Virus record (IMG/VR): IMGVR_UViG_3300020429_000529
Coordinates: 70,762 to 134,761 of that record
DNA length: 64,000 bases
Strand: one strand, 5' to 3'
From: a virus
Of the stretch, positions 38,510-46,668 are shown one piece after another. A program made the position numbers and the translations under genes. Numbering within the stretch: position 1 is the stretch's first letter; the number at the start of each line of letters is the position of its first letter. Below the pieces are notes generated by a model. It saw nothing but the letters and a program-made list of their open reading frames with translations, made no database searches and had not been told where the DNA came from.

Positions 38510-39420
38510 TGGAAGATATCCTTGAATCATTGCGAAGGATTATCTATCGGTGGGTGAGAACATCTGTTCCGCTCACCGCTGATGTCGCTACAGGCGGCAC
38601 AACGCTCTCTGTTTCAACGACTCATCGTTTTCGTGCGGGCGACGAGATTGCTCTGTTTGATCCCTATACACGATTGGGAGAGCCAGGGCTCCGAATAGCC
38701 GAGGTCGTAGATAATACGACTCTGCGGCTTGAGAGCGGCATCAGGGCGACAGACGGATTCAGCACCGCTGCTGATGCGATGGTTGTCAAGACCTACAACG
38801 GCAACTTTATACAGGCGATCTATCTCGGCGATCCTGCGGTTATTCCTCAGTTCCCTGCCATTGCCATTATGCCGGGTACTCGAAGTTCTGAATGGTTGAC
38901 TCTTGGCATCACAACAGAGACATACAACGTCAAGATCGTCATCTACACGCAGTCTGACAATCAAGAAGATTCATACCGATTCTTGATGCGCATTGCCAAC
39001 GCCATTCAGGAAGGTCTCAAGAAGAACATCTATCCGCTCATTGGGCCGTACACGACATCGAGCGTTGTGGCTGATGTGTCGATCGGAGACGACTTCATCA
39101 GAGTCGCCGATACGAGCGAGTTCTTTGCCGAGCAGAAGATTGTCATCGAAAATAGCTTCCGAGCGGAAGAGTTGGAGATCTGCGCCATCATTGATGGAGA
39201 GACTTTGCAGGTCAAGGTTCCGCCCGCGAACCCGTATCTTGTTTTGGAAGATTCCAAGGTCATTGGTTTGACGAGGTTCGTCTACAACTCATGGCCTTCA
39301 AACATTGACTATGGCACGATTCACAAAGGATCGCTGCTCCATGCTGCCACGATTGATTGGTTTGCCAAGGAGACTGAGCAGCAAGTTCGAGGAGGATGGA
39401 GCGATCCGCAGTTGTCTTAA
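38509..39420 (+). CDS. Putative tail terminator/completion protein with two inserted beta domains
   Basis: IYLGDP..PQFPAIAI..YNVKIVIY..IANAIQEGL..IDYG core; position between connector and tube. Confidence 0.6.
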   Translation: MEDILESLRRIIYRWVRTSVPLTADVATGGTTLSVSTTHRFRAGDEIALFDPYTRLGEPGLRIAEVVDNTTLRLESGIRATDGFSTAADAMVVKTYNGNFIQAIYLGDPAVIPQFPAIAIMPGTRSSEWLTLGITTETYNVKIVIYTQSDNQEDSYRFLMRIANAIQEGLKKNIYPLIGPYTTSSVVADVSIGDDFIRVADTSEFFAEQKIVIENSFRAEELEICAIIDGETLQVKVPPANPYLVLEDSKVIGLTRFVYNSWPSNIDYGTIHKGSLLHAATIDWFAKETEQQVRGGWSDPQLS

Positions 39421-39454
39421 CCCCGCCCCGTAAGGCGGAAGAGGAGGTGTTCCT

Positions 39455-39925
39455 ATGAAACCGTTGAGTTGTAATGTGTACGTTGCTATGAAGCTCTTGT
39501 GGGATTCTGCAAGAACCAATCAGTTGCTTGTAATGGATGACTATCGCCATCTCGCAAGCAGCAAGTCTTGGCTCAATGAGTGGTGTACGATCAAGGTTGG
39601 TTGTTCTCGAAGATCTGGTCATGACTATGCTATCGCAAATATGGCAAGAGACTTCCAGCATCCGATGTTCTTGTCCATGAATCTGCAGCAGGCTGCGATA
39701 GTTGAGAAGGAAGTAGATCGTTATGCACCTGATGTTGGAGCCAGATTTTTCTCGGTCAACAACCTCAGAAGCGCATACGGTATCTCGGATGTTGATGCCG
39801 TATTTGTCAATACCTGTTCTTTCTTGTCGGAGTCAAAGCTTGATTCGATACGAGAGTTTGCAATGGTTTTTGCAGGCTTGAGAAGAGAAGAGAATGAACC
39901 CTTTGGACTCTTTCTGGTACAGTAG
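39455..39925 (+). CDS. Hypothetical protein, possibly a degenerate P-loop domain
   Basis: SD AGGAGGT; SRRSGHD in a Walker-A-like position. Confidence 0.55.
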   Translation: MKPLSCNVYVAMKLLWDSARTNQLLVMDDYRHLASSKSWLNEWCTIKVGCSRRSGHDYAIANMARDFQHPMFLSMNLQQAAIVEKEVDRYAPDVGARFFSVNNLRSAYGISDVDAVFVNTCSFLSESKLDSIREFAMVFAGLRREENEPFGLFLVQ

Positions 39926-39927
39926 CT

Positions 39928-40611
39928 ATGATAATGACCTCAAGCTTCAGCTTCCTGCCTCATCTGCCTGTTTATCCTTCGGAGTTCTGGCGGGAGAACA
40001 ATATGGTTCGAATCAAGGCTCCTGTTGCTGTAGACAAAAGCCAACCTGATCTCAACGTTCCATACCGTTTCTTGGATCGACTGATTGCTCAAGAGCTTTT
40101 CTCGCTCAACTTGTATCACGATGATGGTTCGGCAGAGAAGCTCGATGATGCAACAATTGATCGAATGACGCTGACTTGTCAGTCGGAGGATACGGTTGAT
40201 ATCGATTTGATTTGCGTCGGCGATTGGGTTGATGCTGATCCGCTTGGAGAGATGCTCAAGTCTCAACCTATGCGGGCGCTTACTTCTCACGATCTGATTC
40301 TCGAAATATCAAAAGACAAAGAGCCAGTTATGAAGGATCGCATTACCAAAGCGGTCTTCCATGCCGACAAGGAGTATTCTGAGGTCAAGGGCAAGCTCTA
40401 CGGCATAAACCGCTTCATTGGGGATAGGAATTCGCCGCAGATTGTTGAACATCTTAGAGAGAACAACAGGTATCGCATAGACCTTGGTTTTGGCAAGGAG
40501 AGCGAGAACTGGATATTCAACTTGTCGGATGTCCGCATGGAACTTGGTCGCAGGGAGATCAAGGACGGCCTTGACAAGGTTGAGATCAACTTCGAAGGAA
40601 TGATGCTCTAA
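39928..40611 (+). CDS. Hypothetical protein
   Basis: Packed ORF, TAATG-coupled to the next gene. Confidence 0.6.
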   Translation: MIMTSSFSFLPHLPVYPSEFWRENNMVRIKAPVAVDKSQPDLNVPYRFLDRLIAQELFSLNLYHDDGSAEKLDDATIDRMTLTCQSEDTVDIDLICVGDWVDADPLGEMLKSQPMRALTSHDLILEISKDKEPVMKDRITKAVFHADKEYSEVKGKLYGINRFIGDRNSPQIVEHLRENNRYRIDLGFGKESENWIFNLSDVRMELGRREIKDGLDKVEINFEGMML

Positions 40612-41639
40612 TGCCAAGTTTCGATGCAAATCCTGGTGACATTGCGTATCTTGATACAGGAGCAAACCGTTCGAACTGGACAAACATCGATAACGCCATC
40701 GATATCAGCACTCCTGGATTTGCTCAGTCTGTTGCCACTTTTGGTACGCACATTTCTGCAGAGCCCGTCTTCTGGACGGGTTGGACATTCCCAGAGATCG
40801 ATCCGCTATGGGATCTTTTGTCGATCGAGATGAGGCTTGATGCGGGCTATGCTCCATCAAATCTCACGTTCACAGGGTCTACTCAATGGTCGAATAGTAG
40901 CGGCAACCTCTTCGTAGGAAGCAAGCCTGTTGCTATTGCATTGAGTCCATCGGGAGCAAGGACTGTCAATGTGACTGGTCCTGATGATTGGGATATACCT
41001 GATGCCAGCTTCAACTGGGCATCGTTTGTGGATTCGTCTTTCATTGTTCAAATGACAGCAGCGGTAGTGGGCGCAAGCGGAACAGGAACGCTCCGCATGT
41101 GGGGAACTCGATTGAAGTTCCTATACAACGACCTGTCTTCGACCGCTGCTCTTAGTAAGACCGGCAACGGTATTACCAGAATCCTTGAGAAGGACGAGGG
41201 CTTCGTGAACGTTATTCAGCTTGCAAGCGGCTTCAGTTCTCGCTCAAGCGGCAACCTTGTTCTGAGCGGCGTTCCCATTACTTTGTACGAGGACGCCTCT
41301 GGCAACCGAGTTCCTGCTGTCTATGACATCTCAGAAGGCTGGTTCGATACTCCGACTGCTTCCTCTGATACCTATGTCAGAGATGGCATCCGCTACTCAT
41401 TCTTGACGGCGGGCGACTACAACGTTTTTCGCGCTCAGATCGGAGCAGAACAAGCCATGACTCCTTCTTCAAGCACGGTTTGGAGAGGTATCCCTATCGG
41501 CGTTTCTGCGAATGGCGATCTCATGGGAAAGAAGGTTACAGGAGGAATTCTGGATACGAGACAGATCCGCTTTGGCGGCGTCCCCCTGACGGTTGTCAAA
41601 GTAGAGAACGATTGGGCTCTTGCGATCGGGTCCGTTTAG
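40611..41639 (+). CDS. Putative structural protein (beta-rich)
   Basis: WTNIDNA N-terminal jelly-roll-like pattern; repeated GVPI/GIPI/GVPL segments. Confidence 0.5.
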   Translation: MPSFDANPGDIAYLDTGANRSNWTNIDNAIDISTPGFAQSVATFGTHISAEPVFWTGWTFPEIDPLWDLLSIEMRLDAGYAPSNLTFTGSTQWSNSSGNLFVGSKPVAIALSPSGARTVNVTGPDDWDIPDASFNWASFVDSSFIVQMTAAVVGASGTGTLRMWGTRLKFLYNDLSSTAALSKTGNGITRILEKDEGFVNVIQLASGFSSRSSGNLVLSGVPITLYEDASGNRVPAVYDISEGWFDTPTASSDTYVRDGIRYSFLTAGDYNVFRAQIGAEQAMTPSSSTVWRGIPIGVSANGDLMGKKVTGGILDTRQIRFGGVPLTVVKVENDWALAIGSV

Positions 41640-41645
41640 CCGATA
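41639..41645 (+). promoter_or_regulatory. Class B putative promoter element
   Basis: GCCGATAA upstream of the second GT4 gene. Confidence 0.45.
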
Positions 41646-41666
41646 ATCCTCAGTAGGAGGACTGGT

Positions 41667-42869
41667 ATGAGAATTCTTACAGTCGGAGCTTCGCCATATC
41701 TTCTTGTTCGCAACGGTCGAATGAACGCCGATGTTCTGAAGCGGCTCAAGGAAGACGGGCATGATGTAGTAAGCGCTGTTTGGCATCACGATGAGGGATA
41801 CTTCCTCCCAGATGAGGGCGGCATCCATAACTTCGAGGACGAGAACGGCAATGTCATTTGCGAGTTGTACCCCTTCCTTCTTCACACGAATCAAGCGGAT
41901 GCGGCTCTCTATGAGTTGATGAAGAAGCTTCAGCCAGATATGGTCATTTCCATCGGCGACTACAAGGAAGTCAGCTTCATCTATGCGATCAAGGAAATGC
42001 TGCCGACCTATTTCAAGTGGGTCGCTGTCTTCCCGATCGATTGCCTTCATGTCAATGAAGAGTTCAAACACCAGATCGAGTACGCAGATTATGTTGTGAC
42101 AACAAGCAACTTTGGGGCTGAGGACATCTCGAATCTTTGCAATGTCAGAGCAGAGTGTATTCCCTATGGCCCTAATCATTCGAACTTCCCATGGGTTGAG
42201 AGAAGCTGCGAAACGCCAACATTCATTTGTTCAGCAAAGAATGCCCAGGCAAGCAATCTCGGAGCCTATATCAAGGCGTTCGGAAATGTTGGGCGTCCTG
42301 GGACGGATATCGAAGCAAGAGCTAAGCTCCATACGAACCTGTATGATCCTGGCGACTACGAGTTGCCGCTGCTGATCGATCGTTATCAGGCCCATAATGT
42401 TGAGCTACCTGAGAAGTTTGTTTCGATCAAGGATAGCATCACAGACGAGGAAGTAGCAGAGGAATATGCGTCTGCTCATTTCGTCGTGGATGTCTCTGTG
42501 AAGTCTGCTACGGCTCTTTCTATGCTTGAGGCCATGGCGACGGGTTGCATTCCTATTGGACCAAATTCAGGTCGAGTAGGCGAGATCATCAGTATGATGC
42601 CAGAAGAGTTTCAACTTTTCCTGCCCCATGTGACATATATTGGCGGAAAGGAAGAGGAGTATAGCGTCGTTTCGGTAGAAGGATTAGAGGAGGTAATCGT
42701 CGAAGCAGTAGTAGACCGCTTCGTCGATTCCGACTGGATGGCGGAGGCTTCAAAAGCGGCCCGACAGGTTGCTCTCGAATTTTCCAATCAGAGCTTCTTG
42801 GATGGGTTGACTCAGACGATTGCCACTGTCAGCCAGACTGAAGCTCCGATAGCCGTTGAATCCTTCTGA
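41667..42869 (+). CDS. GT-B glycosyltransferase (family 4-like, atypical)
   Basis: MRILTV, LQPDMVISIGD, IPYG, LSMLEAMATGCIPI; first Glu of EX7E apparently replaced (KSATAL). Confidence 0.8.
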   Translation: MRILTVGASPYLLVRNGRMNADVLKRLKEDGHDVVSAVWHHDEGYFLPDEGGIHNFEDENGNVICELYPFLLHTNQADAALYELMKKLQPDMVISIGDYKEVSFIYAIKEMLPTYFKWVAVFPIDCLHVNEEFKHQIEYADYVVTTSNFGAEDISNLCNVRAECIPYGPNHSNFPWVERSCETPTFICSAKNAQASNLGAYIKAFGNVGRPGTDIEARAKLHTNLYDPGDYELPLLIDRYQAHNVELPEKFVSIKDSITDEEVAEEYASAHFVVDVSVKSATALSMLEAMATGCIPIGPNSGRVGEIISMMPEEFQLFLPHVTYIGGKEEEYSVVSVEGLEEVIVEAVVDRFVDSDWMAEASKAARQVALEFSNQSFLDGLTQTIATVSQTEAPIAVESF

Positions 42870-42892
42870 TGAAAAAAGAGAAGGACAGATAG

Positions 42893-42918
42893 AAGGAACT
42901 TTGGAAAGGCCTCAGTAA
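42893..42918 (+). promoter_or_regulatory. Class A putative late promoter (tail tube operon)
   Basis: AAGG-N18-GTAA, intergenic. Confidence 0.45.
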
Positions 42919-43001
42919 GAAGTAAAGAGTTAGGCTATCGGGGAGAAGTATAGCTGGCTGACAAACCTGGGTCAGAATCCAAGTCTTAGGAGAAACGGGA
43001 T

Positions 43002-43376
43002 ATGGCGAACGTCATTAACGGAACAGATTACCTTGCGGTTGCGACGAACTACGCTAATGCTCGTAGCCGAGTCGTGTCAGCGGTAAGCTACCTCTTCGAG
43101 GCTGTTTACCAGATTGTTCTTTTGCAAGAGATCATCCCGGAGGTTGACCTCCTTTCCGAGTTTTACAACTCGTACCTCATCAACAACGATACGTTGAAGT
43201 CTCCGGTCAACTTCCTACCATCGGTCAAAGCGCTGAACAACCACGTTCTCAGCCGCAGTACCGCTACAACTCTTGATGCGTACCTCGACGACGAGGGCAT
43301 CACGGTTCCTCAGCAGTGGGCGACGTTGAGCGCATCTGCCGGGTTCTCGATCAGTAGCGGCAACATTGATAGCTAA
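43002..43376 (+). CDS. Hypothetical, probably virion-associated protein
   Basis: SD AGGAG; directly upstream of the tail tube gene; follows a promoter-like motif. Confidence 0.6.
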   Translation: MANVINGTDYLAVATNYANARSRVVSAVSYLFEAVYQIVLLQEIIPEVDLLSEFYNSYLINNDTLKSPVNFLPSVKALNNHVLSRSTATTLDAYLDDEGITVPQQWATLSASAGFSISSGNIDS

Positions 43377-43470
43377 TCGACTAACTGTAAGTCGCAGGAT
43401 GATGCTGTGCTGGTTGGTCATAAAAGTAAGGCCAGTTAGTAGCATCAAGTTTTAGCGAGGAGAGCAGCTA

Positions 43471-44547
43471 ATGCCAGTACCACGCGCATCTATGGGTTTC
43501 GTTGGCTCGGTGACCTTTGGCAACGTCGTTGTCAATACGGGGTCGGTGAGCTTCAACGGAGACGTTACAGTCCGCGCGACTTCAGCAGACATTCGAGCAT
43601 CCCAGGATATCTCGTTCCCTGATGTTGTCGATGGACGTTTGGATAGGACTGTTTATCAGCTTGGACCCCGAATCGTTGGAGGTAACGTTTCGTTCCCTCT
43701 CGTTCACGAAGGCTCAAGCGTTTCGTCCATCAAGGATTGCGGAACAACCATTAACCACGGACAGCTTTTCTGGGCGCTCGCTACGCAGCGAGACCAGTTT
43801 GGCCGTCTCATCAACGACTCGATGGAAGTCCGTATCCGTTATACGGATGACACGGCCTTCATTTACCCCGCTGGCGTTGTCAACAGTCTAACCATGTCGG
43901 TTGTCCAGGAGGGCACCGTTGACATGAGCATGGACATCATTGCAGGCGCTAACTCGTCTGACAATGTTCGTTTGCCTTGGACCGGCGGCGGCGACCTTGA
44001 TTATCTGTCGCCTGCTCGTATCGTTACCTGGAACGACTTTGCCATCCGTATCTACGGCGATGATGTTGTTGACCTTTCCGGCGAATGGCTTCGTTCTTTC
44101 GAATGCACAGTCAACAACAACGTTGAGCGTTTCTACACGCTGAACAACCGTCTTGCTCCTCAGGACATTGCTGCAAGGAAGCGCCAGATCGAGGGTCGTC
44201 TCACCCTGATGGGTCGTAACACGAACCTTTCTGAGCTTGCGTACAACAACCAGCAGCGATTCACTTCGGACTCGAAGATTGCCTTTGGATACCGTCTCGG
44301 TTCTGGCGGTAGCCCGGTCTTTGCAACGGTCCTCAATGGTTGTATCTTCGAGATTGAAGAGATTGCCATCACGAACGACCTTGTTGAAACCACAGTTCCG
44401 TTCTACGCCCTTGGCGATTGCGAAGCTGGTTACGAGGCAACCGAGATTGGAGCTTCTGGTACGGATCTTCCGTCCGGCAAGCCCTCCCCTGGCACGTTTG
44501 GCGGTCCCTCCTCCCCGGACTTCCCGAACTTCCGTCCCGACGCCTAA
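43471..44547 (+). CDS. Tail tube (major tail) protein
   Basis: GPRIVGGNVSF, GVVNSLTMSV, LRSFECTVNNNVE, RQIEGRLT pattern; biased codons; upstream of chaperones and tape measure. Confidence 0.8.
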   Translation: MPVPRASMGFVGSVTFGNVVVNTGSVSFNGDVTVRATSADIRASQDISFPDVVDGRLDRTVYQLGPRIVGGNVSFPLVHEGSSVSSIKDCGTTINHGQLFWALATQRDQFGRLINDSMEVRIRYTDDTAFIYPAGVVNSLTMSVVQEGTVDMSMDIIAGANSSDNVRLPWTGGGDLDYLSPARIVTWNDFAIRIYGDDVVDLSGEWLRSFECTVNNNVERFYTLNNRLAPQDIAARKRQIEGRLTLMGRNTNLSELAYNNQQRFTSDSKIAFGYRLGSGGSPVFATVLNGCIFEIEEIAITNDLVETTVPFYALGDCEAGYEATEIGASGTDLPSGKPSPGTFGGPSSPDFPNFRPDA

Positions 44548-44612
44548 TGACTCTCTGGCTGATCCCCATCGGCCAAATATGACGATATCCAAAGAGAAAG
44601 CACAGGCATACT

Positions 44613-44640
44613 CCGTCGCTGCATAGCGGCGGGTTATGTC
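44613..44640 (+). terminator. Possible terminator/hairpin after the tail tube gene
   Basis: CCGTCGCT-GCAT-AGCGGCGG stem, weak U-tract. Confidence 0.35.
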
Positions 44641-44655
44641 ACTGTTGTAAGACCT

Positions 44656-44662
44656 GTCGATA
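44656..44662 (+). promoter_or_regulatory. Class B putative promoter element
   Basis: GTCGATA upstream of the tail chaperone. Confidence 0.4.
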
Positions 44663-44671
44663 GGAGTAACT

Positions 44672-45118
44672 ATGGCGAAGTCGATACTACTGGACGGGCA
44701 AGAAAGCCTCATTCATATCCCTCTTTATTACAAAGTTCGAACGAACAAGTATGGAGTTCACAACTTCCAAATCTTGTCAGACGAAGAGGGGAAGAAGGCT
44801 GCTGCCCAAGAAGAATCAGATATTGAAACTCTGAATACGAGATGGCGTCCGCAGACCTGGCAGATGAACAACCACCTGATGAAGCATTCGACTTCATACA
44901 ACCAGGCTTCAGGAACGCAAGACATCGATTTTCAGAAGTACCGAGACAATGTTGTGACTGAGTGTCTCGTTGAATGGGATATGGTCGATCCAAACGGTCA
45001 GGCCATTCCGGTTAGCGAGAAGACGATTGGTCAGATGCCATCGGTGATCGTGAACGAGTTGATTCGTCGTTACGATCAGGCGATGACATACAACGAGGAA
45101 GAGCAGGAAAAATCCTAA
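44672..45118 (+). CDS. Tail assembly chaperone (gpG-like)
   Basis: Follows the tube gene; CLVEWDMVDPNGQAIPV motif; ends in slippery G-GAA-AAA. Confidence 0.8.
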   Translation: MAKSILLDGQESLIHIPLYYKVRTNKYGVHNFQILSDEEGKKAAAQEESDIETLNTRWRPQTWQMNNHLMKHSTSYNQASGTQDIDFQKYRDNVVTECLVEWDMVDPNGQAIPVSEKTIGQMPSVIVNELIRRYDQAMTYNEEEQEKS

Positions 45119-45384
45119 GAGCCGCTGCTGACTTCTATTCGGGCACGCTGGTCAGTCAAGAGGATCTACCCGAAGAAGTCCTCGAACACATCCTCTCGAA
45201 GAACTATGGTTGGTCGCTCAGCTACATCAGCACGCTTTCGCCAGCGAAGTTCAAGGCCCATGTTGGAATATGCATGGTGGGGCAGCGGCTCGAAAAGGTA
45301 CGAGAAAGACAGCAAGGCATGAATGAAGCAGCAGCAAAGCAGTTGCAGGCCAAGGCAGCAGAAAAAGGAAGAAAGAATGGCTAA
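44672..45384 (+). CDS. Tail assembly chaperone gpGT-like product of a programmed -1 frameshift at GGAAAAA (45106-45112), ~237 aa
   Basis: The -1 frame is open from 45106 to TAA at 45382-45384: ILRAAADFYSGTLVSQEDLPEEVLEHILSKNYGWSLSYISTLSPAKFKAHVGICMVGQRLEKVRERQQGMNEAAAKQLQAKAAEKGRKNG. It fills an otherwise empty gap. Confidence 0.8.
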
Positions 45385-45814
45385 GACAAGTCTCTTTATC
45401 GATCCCAACTCAAGCATCGATGTCAAGTTTTGGATTGGCGTTCATGATGGTCAACTTGTTGGCGCGATCGACAAATCATCCAAGATTGAAGGCGTTGAGT
45501 ATGACGAGTACGCAGCATCTTTCAGAGAGCCCAACTACCGAGACATCGCAGATCTTTCCGATGGAGCGGTTGCTATCAATACCGATGGCAACTATGCTCT
45601 AAGCGTCAATCAGGTTCGACTGAAGCGAGTTGTCCGCCTCCTGAAAAGTTGGAATCTCAAGGATGACAACAATAAGGCCGTGCCTGTCAATGAGCAGAAC
45701 ATCGAGAAGCTGAATCCGGTTGTTGCCTTTACTCTTTCTGCGGCGCTTGAGAATGCGCTTGGCATTTTTGAGCAACCAGAAGAAGAGGCGACGGAAGCAG
45801 CAGAGACGGCGTAA
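45377..45814 (+). CDS. Second tail assembly chaperone paralog
   Basis: ATG at 45377 (SD AAGGA) preferred; LLKSWNLKDDNNKAVPVNEQNIEKL aligns with LVEWDMVDPNGQAIPVSEKTIGQM of 44672. Confidence 0.65.
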   Translation: MAKTSLFIDPNSSIDVKFWIGVHDGQLVGAIDKSSKIEGVEYDEYAASFREPNYRDIADLSDGAVAINTDGNYALSVNQVRLKRVVRLLKSWNLKDDNNKAVPVNEQNIEKLNPVVAFTLSAALENALGIFEQPEEEATEAAETA

Positions 45815-45820
45815 GGTAAA

Positions 45821-45895
45821 CGGAGCGTAGCTCAGCTTGGTTAGAGCGCGTGGTTTGGGACCACGAGGTCGCACGTTCGAATCGTGTCGCTCCGA
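45821..45895 (+). tRNA. trnP: tRNA-Pro (anticodon UGG), CCA not encoded
   Basis: Acceptor CGGAGCG/CGCTCCG, D arm GCTC/GAGC, anticodon stem CGTGG/CCACG with loop TTTGGGA, T arm GCACG-TTCGAAT-CGTGT, discriminator A. Confidence 0.95.
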
Positions 45896-45910
45896 TTGAA
45901 AGGGGTCGCT

Positions 45911-46456
45911 GTGATCAGCGATGAATTCAAGTGTATCTATCTGCATCCGCCTCGAACCGGCGGAAAGACGATTGAGAAGATACTCTTTGATACCAACCCT
46001 CAACCAGGCAGCGCCGATCATTCATCAGTTAGGGACATTCTCGAAAAGAATTCCAAGGGGATGTTTGATTCGTACTTCAAGTTTGCGTTTCGAAGAAACA
46101 CCTGGGATCGACTGTTGAGCATCTATCTCAATCAGCAGAGGCTCAATGAGCATGACATTGGCACGTTTGAGGATTTTGTCTCAGGCAGATGGGTTGCTCG
46201 GAAAGTTCGAAGCCAGTTGGATTGGTTCATGTATCGAGGTCAATTTTGCGTGGACTTCGTAGGAAGATTCGAGCATTATGACGAAGACTGGAAACGGATC
46301 TGCGGCTGTTTGAGCATCGAGTACGAAAAGCCGCCTCATATCAACAAATCGAAACACGACCACTATACCAGCTACTACACCAGAGACATGGTAAAGCAGG
46401 TCGAGAAGAGATTTGCAAAAGAGATTAAGTTTTTCGGGTTCAAGTTTGGTGAATGA
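45911..46456 (+). CDS. Sulfotransferase family 2 protein
   Basis: YLHPPRTGGKTI (5'-PSB), FRRNTWDRLLSIY (3'-PB), DFVGRFE; GTG at 45911 with SD AGGGG (track start overlaps the tRNA). Confidence 0.9.
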   Translation: MISDEFKCIYLHPPRTGGKTIEKILFDTNPQPGSADHSSVRDILEKNSKGMFDSYFKFAFRRNTWDRLLSIYLNQQRLNEHDIGTFEDFVSGRWVARKVRSQLDWFMYRGQFCVDFVGRFEHYDEDWKRICGCLSIEYEKPPHINKSKHDHYTSYYTRDMVKQVEKRFAKEIKFFGFKFGE

Positions 46457-46542
46457 GCATGACTAAGCAGACAAAATGGCGTATCGCAGGATTGATTGTT
46501 GGTCTATTGATCGGCATCCCGCTGGGTTTTCTCCTGGCTTGA
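46453..46542 (+). CDS. 29-aa single-pass membrane peptide (not in ORF track)
   Basis: ATGA overlap with sulfotransferase; MSMTKQTKWRIAGLIVGLLIGIPLGFLLA. Confidence 0.45.
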   Translation: MSMTKQTKWRIAGLIVGLLIGIPLGFLLA

Positions 46543-46573
46543 CTCAGGTCAGCCTTTTCTCCCCTTCCCAATG

Positions 46574-46601
46574 TCGCCCGCCACTGACGGGCGATGTTTT
46601 T
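46574..46601 (+). terminator. Probable Rho-independent terminator
   Basis: TCGCCCG-CCACTGA-CGGGCGA then TGTTTTT. Confidence 0.6.
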
Positions 46602-46668
46602 CATCTGATTGACCACTGACCGGCTCTCTGCTGAGGCTATAGTGCTACTTGGCGAAAGGAGAGCCCTC

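Noticed and set aside
39423-39438. CCGCC/GGCGG hairpin after the tail terminator gene
   Set aside because: Only 5 bp and no U-tract; not called as a terminator
44237-44626. Alternative-frame ORF crossing the tail tube stop (possible frameshift adding an Ig domain)
   Set aside because: The extension would be under 30 aa with no domain, and there is no clear slippery site
45821-45895. tRNA as an integration (att) site or prophage boundary
   Set aside because: No integrase or duplicated 3' end; phage tail genes continue on both sides
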